NCBI GenBank assembly: GCA_002269645.1
Contig: NIVC01000195.1
Span: 124,001-188,000, forward strand
From: Macrostomum lignano
Taxonomy: Eukaryota
DNA length: 64,000 nt
Direction of reading: 5' to 3'
Under the pieces are notes generated by a model. That model was given only the letters and a program-made list of their open reading frames with translations. It did not search any database and was not told the DNA's origin. This document shows, piece by piece, positions 1-10,637 of this stretch. Within the stretch, counting starts at the first letter, position 1; the number at the start of each line of letters is the position of its first letter. Both the position numbers and the translations under genes were made by a program.

Positions 1-1023
1 ATCCGACAAGCGGCAGCGGCAGCAGCTACAGAGCAGTGTAATATCAGTATAACATAATTCATTTATTGTTAAAGCAGAACAGACCAGGTGTTAACAAGGT
101 AAAGTAGCAAATGTACGCTCGTACTATCGATTGATCTGTTTAATGTGCGTAAACAGTTTGAATACTCTGTGATAAATAGCATGATTAAAAGATTACACAG
201 CAAATAATATCAGCTGATGAAGCGGGATCCAGCAGCCTCTCTGAAGTTCCGAAATAGATGATTATAACGTAACACATGTGTAATAAAAACAAGGCCAGGA
301 AGCAGATAAAATTGGTTGCTAGGGCTAAGTTATTGCACTAAGATCTGCCATGTTAATCAGCTGGCATGCAGATTATAATATAGCAAAGTGTTAATTTTCA
401 TTGTATAGTACTGCATAAGCATAATAGTCAGTAGTATATGGCATGTGAGTCAGCCAGTTCGGATATATAAAAACCAAAGTTAAAAGAGAACTTTGCTACA
501 GCTTGCCAAATTTAGATTAGCAAGCCTAAAAATTTATATGAAATAAATTTGAGCATGCAAGCAGTGTTCCCACTCCAATCTACCCATTTTTCCTCCGCAG
601 CCTAAAGAAAATTCCGCAGATAGCTTAACCTATTAAATATGATAAGATTTTCAACAAAACTATGGAAAAAAACTTTTGAACAAGCATTTTTTTAAACTCA
701 AAATAAGTAAGCAAGTCTAAGTCAATGTATTCTAGACTTCCAGTTTACAATCAAGTTGTCAACCCATCACATTGGCTGTGGATGGCAAAAAGTTCTTTTT
801 ATTCTACTTTAACGAAAAAACAATGGCTGGCTCAATGTTTGCACTTTACGGAAAAGATTTGACGTGTCACGTGACACACAGGCACAACTGCTATTTAGTT
901 ACAACTACAAGCATTAAACATTCTTTAGGTTCTATTCAACTGTTAATAAAAGTAAAACTAATTAAGTAAAGTTAACTACTAGAGATACAATACTTTGCTT
1001 ATTAATTAGACTGCTGCCAAGAC

Positions 1024-1232
1024 TAGAGATTGGACAGGATGAAGATTTTTGGGATTGGGATTCCTAATTTCGGGAATCGGGATTGCAATTCATGATTGAA
1101 TTTCAGGTTTCAGCATTTAAAGATATGAATATATAAGATGGTTGGATGGGATCTCAAAATAATTTCAGAATCATGATCATGAGTTTGGCCAGGATCCCAG
1201 GCTTTTGTGATCGGGATCCAATCCTACCTCTA
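1024..1232. mobile_element. 209-bp hAT-type MITE nested in the hAT element
   Basis: Termini TAGAGATTGGA / TCCTACCTCTA form an imperfect inverted pair. Flanking 8-mers GCCAAGAC (1016-1023) and GTCAAGAC (1233-1240) match 7/8. Internal GGGAT motifs. Confidence 0.6.
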
Positions 1233-1292
1233 GTCAAGACGCGTGACATTGTCTTATTAGTTACTAGTACGCCCCATTGTTCTGTTTTCTAG

Positions 1293-3668
1293 TCATTTGC
1301 ATATCATCTTGGCGGCCTTTTTCAGTGCTTCTGCAGCCAGCTCGTCTTGAGTCTTCAACTTTCGCTTCAGCAGCTTGGCGTCATCATGTAGAGCTTTGGC
1401 CTCTCGCTCTTCTAAAGTCCTCATTTTTTTCTGATACTCGAGCAGCATAGCCGAAGCAGCTCGCTTCTCAGCTTCAATTATTTCACGCTCTGCAGCCAAC
1501 TTTTTTTCAGCCGCCTCCAATTCCATCTTCTTCTTGTTTACTTCAATCTCAGCAGCAAGCTGCTCTTCCAACTGTTTAGCGGCAATCCGTGCATCTTTCT
1601 TGGCCTTATCAGCATCTCTTTGCTGTTGAAGGAATTCCATGTACACTGAACGAGCCTTCCCAGCAGACTGAACGTAGACGTCTGTCAATGGAAAGTTTTC
1701 GCAGGTTGTAGGCTCCTCACCAACTAGCCCAGATTGGCGGATGTAGTGTCGAACAAAAAGGCAGGCATCAATAGACAATTCACCAAGCTTGTTGCGTTTT
1801 TTCGTTAACAAGTCCGATAACTCGCTAAAGACTCGCTCTACTGCAGCGTTGCCTGGCTGAATGGTCAGAGCACCCAAAGCTAGTCGGGTTAGTGTGCCGT
1901 ACTTTTTTTGACCACCAAGCTCTAGGGCTGACACGCGAAGCCAAAATGTAACCACATCATTGTCCTTAGCCAAAGCCACTACCTGTTGGTCAACGAGGAA
2001 GCATCGCCATTCGGAATCAATTTTTGATACGGAATCAGGTGTATATTCCATTTGTTTGGCTAGGTTACATGCAGCAAGCGATGTAGTAGCTGCTGCGAGA
2101 CCGACTTTCATAGGATATTGCGGATCCAGAAATTGTAGCGAGCGTAAGACAGGATTCGACAGAGGCAAATGTTCTTGCAAGTACAATGCAAGTTCACGAT
2201 AGAAGGTGCGAACACGTAGGAAAAAGAGCTTCTGTTGAGTGTCCGACAAGCCTTTTTTTAATGTCTCTTTAGCTGCTTCGCCGATAAAGATGGCTTCATT
2301 AGAGAGGAAGTATTTGCCTTCCAACGACAAATTTCTCAAATGTCGATTGTTCTCCTGAATGTGCGCTGGATTTAAAAAGAATGACAAAGTCTGCCTAAAC
2401 AAATTGCGGACTTCTCCATGCAAAAGATGGACACACGGCTCCTCTGTCTGAAATGCCTTCTCGAATTGGTCTAGATGCGGCAAGACAGCAGCCAGAAATT
2501 GCAGATTAAGCAGTGTATGCGTCGACTTTAGGTGCTCAGCAATTTCTTTGGTCTTTTTGGTCTTTTGCTCAATCAGAGATGGATTCTTCACAAAGAATTC
2601 TTCCAGAGAATCATATTGCTCAATAAGCCTATTAACAACAGGCAAAAGCTGCACCCATCTTGTTTCAACGCGCCGCAACATGCGATGCTGGGCCACTTGA
2701 AGCAGTGACTGAACTTTGTTATAACGCGTCCACCTTTTCGAGGTCTGAAAGTAGGAGAACACTTCATCAGCGAAGTCCTCTACATTTCCATCAAAGGCTT
2801 CACATGCACGTCGAACCGCATTGGAGACAATATGCAAACTGCATGGTCCAATGGAAACAAGATGAGATGCAAAGTCATGCATTATTTTTTGGAAGCCGTT
2901 AAACTTTCCAACCATAACTGCTGGTCCATCTGTTGATATGCTAACACAGTTCCTAATCGGAATGTTGAATTCATCGAGAATCTTCAAAACTTCCTCTTTC
3001 AGAGCAGCGGCTGAGCAGTCAGAAACTTCAACTGTTTTCAAGGCAGTTGTACACAGCCTTCCCTTCTTCGACGACACAAATGATATTACAACTGCCATGT
3101 GCTTTCGTGCCCCATCAGATGACTCGTCAATAGAAAGGGAAAACAGTCCGCAGCCAGAGTTCAAGTCTTGAATCATCTCATCACGCATCACTGGTGCAAG
3201 AGCGTGATTAACAAGATAGCACAGTTTTGTGCGATGGCACTTCATGTCTTGAGCAATTTTGCTATCATGAAACATAGCTGGGTACACACCCGAGTGGTCG
3301 GCTGTATTGTACGCAATATTGTGCTCAATAAAATGGATTCCAAGTCGCAGCTCTGCCATTAGCACTTCTGCGTCAGCCTTCTTCATGGCAGTGAAAGATG
3401 GCTTGCTGCCTTGAGTAGGAAAAAAGTGTGCTATCCCAGTCTCATTCATGACTGGCAATCGACTCTTGTGCTTCTTGCCTTGGGCGTGGGCTGTAACTGC
3501 GCCGAACCCACTAGTGCCGAGGTGAAATGATTTTTTGCACACGGTGCAGAAGCCAAGCAGTTCGTCACTTCGATCAGGCTGAAGCCACTCGCTAAGGACT
3601 CGTCCATCAATGGATCGCTGTAACCACTCATGTCGAAATGCTGTTGCACGAGGCTTGCTTAGAGACAT
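1293..3668 (-). CDS. hAT transposase, 791 aa, uninterrupted
   Basis: BED-like finger (CTVC...H...H), DDE residues in SIDESSD / STDG / AVERVFS, CxxH (CSLH), TRW motif, hAT dimerisation-like region, K/E-rich C-terminal tail. Confidence 0.93.
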   Translation of the reverse strand: MSLSKPRATAFRHEWLQRSIDGRVLSEWLQPDRSDELLGFCTVCKKSFHLGTSGFGAVTAHAQGKKHKSRLPVMNETGIAHFFPTQGSKPSFTAMKKADAEVLMAELRLGIHFIEHNIAYNTADHSGVYPAMFHDSKIAQDMKCHRTKLCYLVNHALAPVMRDEMIQDLNSGCGLFSLSIDESSDGARKHMAVVISFVSSKKGRLCTTALKTVEVSDCSAAALKEEVLKILDEFNIPIRNCVSISTDGPAVMVGKFNGFQKIMHDFASHLVSIGPCSLHIVSNAVRRACEAFDGNVEDFADEVFSYFQTSKRWTRYNKVQSLLQVAQHRMLRRVETRWVQLLPVVNRLIEQYDSLEEFFVKNPSLIEQKTKKTKEIAEHLKSTHTLLNLQFLAAVLPHLDQFEKAFQTEEPCVHLLHGEVRNLFRQTLSFFLNPAHIQENNRHLRNLSLEGKYFLSNEAIFIGEAAKETLKKGLSDTQQKLFFLRVRTFYRELALYLQEHLPLSNPVLRSLQFLDPQYPMKVGLAAATTSLAACNLAKQMEYTPDSVSKIDSEWRCFLVDQQVVALAKDNDVVTFWLRVSALELGGQKKYGTLTRLALGALTIQPGNAAVERVFSELSDLLTKKRNKLGELSIDACLFVRHYIRQSGLVGEEPTTCENFPLTDVYVQSAGKARSVYMEFLQQQRDADKAKKDARIAAKQLEEQLAAEIEVNKKKMELEAAEKKLAAEREIIEAEKRAASAMLLEYQKKMRTLEEREAKALHDDAKLLKRKLKTQDELAAEALKKAAKMICK

Positions 3669-4291
3669 CTCACTACGAGGGTACGAGCGTATTCTCAGAA
3701 TATTTTTTCAGTTATTGTCTTATTGAGTTAAACGCAAGTCGCAAAGGCAGCAAAGCTGAAAAATAAGTTGAGCTACTTTGTAAAGTCTTTCTAGCCAACC
3801 TGATCTATTTAATTAACTATTGGTATTGACTCATTAAACTCGCTTCCAGACTCATTAGGTTCCAATTTCCATTCTAGCTCTATGCGAAAAACTAAGTTTC
3901 CTAGTAAGAGGGTGGCGGTGGAACATAGACTAAACTAAGAACTACAATCAATAAAGAAATGAACTTTTAAACAGTAGTATAATGTGTACAAATAATTAAG
4001 GAGAATTCCAACAAATAGAAAATACTAGATATTGACAAATATATATATATATAAGATATTTAGTATATAGATTGTATAAAACTAAAGTGTGTCCTCAATT
4101 CCTCATATATTCAAATATCAGAGCAAAATCGGAGCAACCAAATTTCCGCAGATTGCAAAATTCCTCTTGATTTTCCACAGGCGAGCCAGAAATTCCGCAT
4201 TGCGGAATTTCCGCAGGTAGTGGGAACACTGCATGCAAGCCCCAAGCCAGCGATAAGTCCTGATGAAGCAAGGCTTGAGCCCAGCCTCCTC

Positions 4292-4400
4292 TTAGCGAGC
4301 CAGCTTGTGGATTTTGGCCAGCCGTTTGCGCAGTTCGGTTGGAAATTTCTCATAGCACGGCTTGCAGACCGGCTTCAGGTCGTACTCGTAGAACTTCGTC
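4292..4400 (-). CDS. LIMS1: PINCH/LIMS exon 7 (last): [35 protein letters not shown]
   Basis: Matches the PINCH C-terminus (vertebrate [26 protein letters not shown]). CAG acceptor at 4401-4403, TAA at 4292-4294. Confidence 0.93.
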
Positions 4401-4614
4401 CTGCGGCGGCGGGAGGGTGAGTGCAAAACTGTACATGAGTGAGGGATGGCAGCTTCCTGCCGTGCAGCCAGTGTTTTGCATTTCTGGTCTGCTTCTTTTG
4501 CCTGCAGTTTAATTTTCGCCTTGCTGCAGAAATATCAAAATAGCTGCGTGGCAATACAACCATAGCTGCCTGTAGCTGCCCTTACTGAGATTCTTGTCTC
4601 AGTAAGTTTATTAA

Positions 4615-4883
4615 CGGGATAATAATAACGATAATAATAATAACAATACTTAATTGATTACACCTGCCCTAGTGGGCAGATGTGCAACCGACAGCTCATC
4701 TGAAGGCTGCGTACGGCTGTTCAGTCCAAGGACTGGGAAGGGGGGGTTTCAGCACACACACACACACACCCTCAATTACCCCGGTGAACTGAAGCAATGC
4801 CGAGTTAAGTGTCTTGCTCAAGGAATCGAACCCCCGACCTTTAAGTCGTGAGTCCGACGCTCTAACCACTAGGCTACAACCCC
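4615..4883 (-). mobile_element. tRNA-derived CORE-type SINE, internally deleted copy
   Basis: tRNA head with A and B boxes, partial CORE (TTGAGCAAGACACTTAAC), 3' stem-loop and (TTA)n tail. Homologous to 28305-28568. Confidence 0.85.
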
Positions 4884-4953
4884 TAACGGGGTGAGCAGCG
4901 GGTTAGGGGGGGGGGGGGCGCACAAGCAGCATCCACAGACCCAGCACACTCAC

Positions 4954-5105
4954 TTTTGATTCATCTGCCTGTCGCAGACGGAGCACTGGAAGTGGGCGGA
5001 GCACCAGCTCTTGCAGCAGGCCTGGACGCACTCGTCGCTGATGGTGTCGTTGCAGACAAAGCAGGCCTGGCCGAACAGCTGCTGGAAGTGGGTCTCGCAG
5101 TAGGC
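4954..5105 (-). CDS. LIMS1: PINCH/LIMS exon 6 (end of LIM4, LIM5)
   Basis: AYCETHFQQLFGQACFVCNDTISDECVQACCKSWCSAHFQCSVCDRQMNQ. CAG acceptor, GTGAGT donor, phases fit both neighbours. Confidence 0.93.
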
Positions 5106-5227
5106 CTGCAGCGCGGGATTCGGATTGGAGAGCGATTATCGATTAGGTTAAGGGAATTATCACTTGGATTATAAGTCGGATTAGTGGCAATTCTCATTTG
5201 GATTAGAGGAGATTTAGGGAAGAGTCT

Positions 5228-5405
5228 CAATCGGATTAGGAGAGATTTTCAATCGGATTAGGAGAGATTTCAATCGGATTAGGAGAGATTTTCAATCGGA
5301 TTAGGAGAGATTTTCAATCGGATTAGGAGAGATTTTCAATCGGATTAGGGGAGATTTTCAATCGGATTAGGAGAGATTTTCAATCGGATTAGGGGAGATT
5401 CTCAA
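5228..5405. repeat. 21-22-bp minisatellite, ~8 copies, in a PINCH intron
   Basis: Unit (T)TTCAATCGGATTAGGAGAGAT. Confidence 0.9.
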
Positions 5406-5414
5406 TCCTCCTAC

Positions 5415-5902
5415 CTGTCCGCGCCGCTCAAAGAAGCGGGTGCCGTTGAACGGCTTCTCGCAGACGGCGCACACGAAGTGCTCCACGTGCCAGGCCTTGT
5501 TGATGGCGTGCACCACGCGCTCCTCAATCGGCCTGCGGCAGCGGGCGCAGACGGGGACGCCCAGCTTGTCGAAGCAGCGGATGCAGTACAGCTGGTCGTC
5601 CTTCTCGCGGGCCTCGGCGGTGAGCTCGGCGCGGCAGCCGGTGCAGTTGAAGTGGTAGGGGTGGTAGTTGTCGCCCTTGAAGCGGAGCACCTGGTCGGCC
5701 TCGATGATGTCGTGGCAGCGGTTGCAGAGGAAGCGGGCGGCGCCCCGGACCCGCTCCTTGGCGTTGCAGTCCTTGCACAGGGCGCGGCCGAGGTTCTTCA
5801 CGAATGCGTCGGTGAGGGCCAGGCCGCACAGCTGGCAGGTGAAGCAGTCCGGGTGCCATGAGGACTGCATGGCGCGGATCACCCGGCCGACGATGAACTC
5901 GC
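5415..5902 (-). CDS. LIMS1: PINCH/LIMS exon 5 (LIM2-LIM4)
   Basis: GEFIVGRVIRAMQSSWHPDCF...YHPYHFNC...WHVEHFVCAVCEKPF, closely matching PINCH. CAG acceptor, GTAG donor. Confidence 0.95.
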
Positions 5903-5944
5903 CTGATAAGGGAGGCGAAACAGATGGATCCAGATTCCTGATGT

Positions 5945-6170
5945 AAAGATCTAGATGAATGCTGTATAGATCTAGATGAATGCTGTATAGATCTAGATGA
6001 ATGCTGTATAGATCTAGATGACTGATGTATAGATATAGATGCCTGCTGTATGGATATAGATGCCTGCTGTATGGATATAGATGCCTGCTGTATGGATATA
6101 GATGCCTGATGTATAGATCTAGATGTCTGCTGTATACAGTAGATATAGAGGCCTGAGATATAGATATAGA
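5945..6170. repeat. Degenerate 21-bp minisatellite, ~10 copies
   Basis: Unit ATAGATCTAGATGAATGCTGT and variants. Confidence 0.85.
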
Positions 6171-6179
6171 AAATCTAAC

Positions 6180-8702
6180 AAAGCAACTTACACACCCACC
6201 AAAGCAAGCTACACACCCTAGATTGCAACCTAGACACCCGCCAAAGCAAGCTACACACCCTAGGTTGCAACCTAGACACCCGCCAAAGCAACCTACACAC
6301 CCGCCAAAGCAACCTACACACCCGCCAAAGCAAGCTACACACCCGCCAAAGCAACCTACACACCCACCAAAGCAACCTAGACACCCTAGATTGCAACCTA
6401 CACACCCGCCAAAGCAAGCTACACACCCGCCAAAGCAAGCTACACACCCGCCAAAGCAAGCTACACACCCGCCAAAGCAAGCTACACACCCGCCAAAGCA
6501 AGCTACACACCCGCCAAAGCAAGCTACACACCCGCCAAAGCAAGCTACACACCCGCCAAAGCAAGCTACACACCCGCCAAAGCAAGCTACACACCCTAGA
6601 TTGCAACCTACAACCTACACACCCGCCAAAGCAAGCTACACACCCTAGATTGCAACCTACACACCCGCCAAAGCAACCTACACACCCTAGATTGCAACCT
6701 AGACACCCGCCAAAGCAAGCTACACACCCTAGGTTGCAACCTAGACACCCGCCAAAGCAAGCTACACACCCGCCAAAGCAACCTACACACCCGCCAAAGC
6801 AACCTACACACCCGCCAAAGCAAGCTACACACCCGCCAAAGCAAGCTACACACCCGCCAAAGCAAGCTACACACCCGCCAAAGCAAGCTACACACCCGCC
6901 AAAGCAAGCTACACACCCGCCAAAGCAAGCTACACACCCGCCAAAGCAAGCTACACACCCGCCAAAGCAAGCTACACACCCGCCAAAGCAAGCTACACAC
7001 CCGCCAAAGCAAGCTACACACCCGCCAAAGCAAGCTACACACCCTAGATTGCAACCTACACACCCGCCAAAGCAAGCTACACACCCTAGATTGCAACCTA
7101 CACACCTGCCAAAGCAAGCTACACACCCTAGGTTGCAACCTAGACACCCGCCAAAGCAAGCTACACACCCTAGGTTGCAACCTAGACACCCGCCAAAGCA
7201 AGCTACACACCCGCCAAAGCAAGCTACACACCCTAGATTGCAACCTACACACCCGCCAAAGCAAGCTACACACCCGCCAAAGCAAGCTACACACCCTAGA
7301 TTGCAACCTACACACCCGCCAAAGCAAGCTACACACCCGCCAAAGCAAGCTACACACCCTAGATTGCAACCTACACACCCGCCAAAGCAAGCTACACACC
7401 CTAGGTTGCAACCTAGACACCCGCCAAAGCAACCTACACACCTGCCAAAGCAACCTACACACCCGCCAAAGCAAGCTACACACCCGCCAAAGCAACCTAC
7501 ACACCCGCCAAAGCAACCTAGACACCCTAGATTGCAACCTACACACCCGCCAAAGCAAGCTACACACCCGCCAAAGCAAGCTACACACCCGCCAAAGCAA
7601 GCTACACACCCGCCAAAGCAAGCTACACACCCGCCAAAGCAAGCTACACACCCGCCAAAGCAAGCTACACACCCGCCAAAGCAAGCTACACACCCTAGAT
7701 TGCAACCTACACACCCGCCAAAGCAAGCTACACACCCTAGATTGCAACCTACACACCTGCCAAAGCAAGCTACACACCCTAGGTTGCAACCTAGACACCC
7801 GCCAAAGCAAGCTACACACCCTAGGTTGCAACCTAGACACCCGCCAAAGCAAGCTACACACCCGCCAAAGCAAGCTACACACCCTAGGTTGCAACCTAGA
7901 CACCCGCCAAAGCAAGCTACACACCCGCCAAAGCAAGCTACACACCCGCCAAAGCAAGCTACACACCCTAGATTGCAACCTACACACCCGCCAAAGCAAG
8001 CTACACACCCGCCAAAGCAAGCTACACACCCTAGATTGCAACCTACACACCCGCCAAAGCAAGCTACACACCCGCCAAAGCAAGCTACACACCCTAGATT
8101 GCAACCTACACACCCGCCAAAGCAAGCTACACACCCGCCAAAGCAAGCTACACACCCTAGATTGCAACCTACACACCCGCCAAAGCAAGCTACACACCCT
8201 AGATTGCAACCTACACACCTGCCAAAGCAAGCTACACACCCTAGGTTGCAACCTAGACACTCGCCAAAGCAAGCTACACACCCTAGGTTGCAACCTAGAC
8301 ACCCGCCAAAGCAAGCTACACACCCTAGGTTGCAACCTAGACACCCGCCAAAGCAAGCTACACACCCTAGGTTGCAACCTACACACCCGCCAAAGCAAGC
8401 TACACACCCGCCAAAGCAAGCTACACACCCTAGGTTGCAACCTACACACCTGCCAAAGCAAGCTACACACCCTAGGTTGCAACCTAGACACCCGCCAAAG
8501 CAAGCTACACACCCTAGGTTGCAACCTACACACCTGCCAAAGCAAGCTACACACCCTAGGTTGCAACCTAGACACCCGCCAAAGCAAGCTACACACCCTA
8601 GGTTGCAACCTACACACCTGCCAAAGCAAGCTACACACCCTAGGTTGCAACCTACACACCTGCCAAAGCAAGCTACACACCCTAGGTTGCAACCTAGACA
8701 CC
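6180..8702. repeat. 21-bp two-variant minisatellite, ~120 copies, intronic
   Basis: Units CCCGCCAAAGCAAGCTACACA and CCCTAGATTGCAACCTACACA interspersed. Confidence 0.97.
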
Positions 8703-8722
8703 AACTCGCAGCGCAGACTCAC

Positions 8723-8789
8723 CGCACTTGGCGCAGCAGGGCTTGAACAGCACACTGAAGTCGTGCTCGCAGTACTTCCTGCCGTCGAA
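8723..8789 (-). CDS. LIMS1: PINCH/LIMS exon 4: [22 protein letters not shown]
   Basis: Matches vertebrate [25 protein letters not shown] acceptor, GTGAGT donor, phase 1. Confidence 0.93.
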
Positions 8790-8874
8790 CTAAAAGCAGC
8801 AAAATGCAAGCAGGCTGCACGCAGAACTTCGGAGAGCACAACATCACAGCAGCAACAGCAGCAACAGCTCTTAC

Positions 8875-8920
8875 CTCGTAGAATCGGCCGCCCTCAAACG
8901 GCCGGAAACACTGGGCGCAC
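8875..8920 (-). CDS. LIMS1: PINCH/LIMS exon 3: (V)CAQCFRPFEGGRFYE
   Basis: Matches CAQCFQQFPEGLFYE. TTTCCAG acceptor, GTAAGA donor. Confidence 0.9.
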
Positions 8921-9359
8921 CTGGAAATGCGGCATGCCGATTAAGCATTGATAGTTAAATGATGACCGCATGCCAGAGCCAGTGTGATAAATAGATAGAA
9001 CAATATAAACAAAAATAAAAAGATGGGACAACACAGAGGCTGAGCATTCAGTCGCTGGTACATTTTATTATGCCATTTAAATAACCAATCAAGTGTGCTG
9101 GCTGACAGAACTGGACAAGGTAAGCAGTCAGCAAACAACAAATAAGCAATATAAATTTAAATAAAGTATACAGGCCGCTCCAGTGGATTGGCAGTGCAGA
9201 CAGACGGACTCTGCATGACAGCAGCGCCAAGCCATACTGTGTGCCATGGCGAGTGTGCATGGGGCGATGGGGCTCACCGGCCTGGATGTCACTTTGTTAC
9301 TCATTAGTACTCTTGCTAATCACCTCAATCCATCTATCGATTTCTATAAGATATTTAAA

Positions 9360-9995
9360 ATCAGTCCCGTTGAGATCCCTAGAATGAATCCCATTAAGAT
9401 CCCTAGAATGAGTCCCATTAAGATCCCTAGAATGAGTCCCATTAAGATCCCTAGAAAGAGTCCCATTGAGGTCCCTAGAATGAATCCCATTAAGATCCCG
9501 AGAATGAGTCCCATTAAGATCCCTAGAAAGAGTCCCATTGAGGTCCCTAGAATGAGTCCCATTAAGATCCCGAGAATGAATCCCATTAAGATCCCTAGAA
9601 TGAGTCCCATTAAGATCCCTAGAATGAATCCCATTAAGATCCCGACAATGAGTCCCATTAAGATCCCTAGAAAGAGTCCCATTGAGGTCCCTAGAATGAA
9701 TCCCATTAAGATCCCGAGAATGAATCCCATTAAAATCCCTAGAATGAGTCCCATTAAGATCCCGAGAATGAATCCCATTAAGATCCCTAGAATGATTCCC
9801 ATTAAGATCCCTAGAATGATTCCCATTAAGATCCCTAGAATGAATCCCATTAAGGTCCCTAGAATGATTCCCATTAAGGTCCCTAGAATGAATCCCATTA
9901 AGGTCCCTAGAATGAATCCCAATAAGATCCCTAGAATGAATCCCAATAAGGTCCCTAGCTAGAATGAATCCCATTAAGATCCCTAGAATGCCTTA
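9360..9995. repeat. 24-bp minisatellite, ~26 copies
   Basis: Unit AAGATCCCTAGAATGARTCCCATT. Confidence 0.95.
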
Positions 9996-10299
9996 AAATG
10001 CCTCAAGTAATCGCAATCCCGAGAGAAGCAGTGAGATCAGTTACAGCACTAGATAATTTGCTTCAGCCCCACAAATAAGTTAAAGTGCAGCTTCCTCAAC
10101 CAGCGCAATCATTATTGAATACACTAAAAGTGCAAATCCTAATAAACCAAATCAGTGGAATGTACTTTTACAATAAAATATTCGGAAAGTACACGACAAC
10201 ATATCAAGACCACTCGCTAGGCTGTATAATCGCGGTTGACAACATGAGAAGTCGAGTAAAGCTGAGAAGCGCCCCCTGTTCGACAGGAGGAGGACTTAC

Positions 10300-10404
10300 A
10301 CAAAGCAGTGCTGGTGCCAGAAGCGGCCCTCATAGGCCAGCACCCCGCTAACCAGGCTGCCCTCGCAGTGGGCGCAGCTGCGAGCGCGGGCAGCGCCGTC
10401 GCCG
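10300..10404 (-). CDS. LIMS1: PINCH/LIMS alternative exon 2b (first Zn finger of LIM1)
   Basis: 105 nt, phase 2-2, encodes GDGAARARSCAHCEGSLVSGVLAYEGRFWHQHCF(V). CTTTAG acceptor, GTAAGT donor. Confidence 0.78.
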
Positions 10405-10637
10405 CTAAAGGCGGGCGTTATCGAGCAGTTTGGTTTTGTTTAAAACAATTGCATTTTTAGTTGCTATGGCATAACTCGAGCGGATAATTACTAGACAGAA
10501 GTGAATTAAAGTGGTCAACAAATAAGTTAACAATATGCAAATAAGCTGCTTGTGCACAGCTGCACACCCCAGTAGTTCATAGCCTTAGGTTTTTATGACC
10601 AAAAATTAATTTTTTTATTAGTCAGAAAAACTGGATC

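Larger units (their letters stand above)
562..4231 (-). mobile_element. Autonomous hAT DNA transposon, 3670 bp
   Basis: Perfect 13-bp TIRs CAGTGTTCCCACT (562-574; reverse complement at 4219-4231). Perfect 8-bp TSD CATGCAAG (554-561, 4232-4239). Subterminal TTCCGCA motifs, including the palindrome AAATTCCGCA-T-TGCGGAATTT (~4190-4210). Encloses one transposase ORF. Confidence 0.95.

Noticed and set aside
1-41. Possible end of a plus-strand CDS converging on PINCH
   Set aside because: Too little sequence at the window edge to support it.
6175-8839. Long ORFs of 698 and 743 aa (HPPKQAT / VCSLLWR repeats)
   Set aside because: They are translations of the 21-bp intronic minisatellite, open on both strands and bracketed by PINCH splice sites.
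9246-9974. Three overlapping 200-240-aa ORFs
   Set aside because: Produced by the 24-bp minisatellite.
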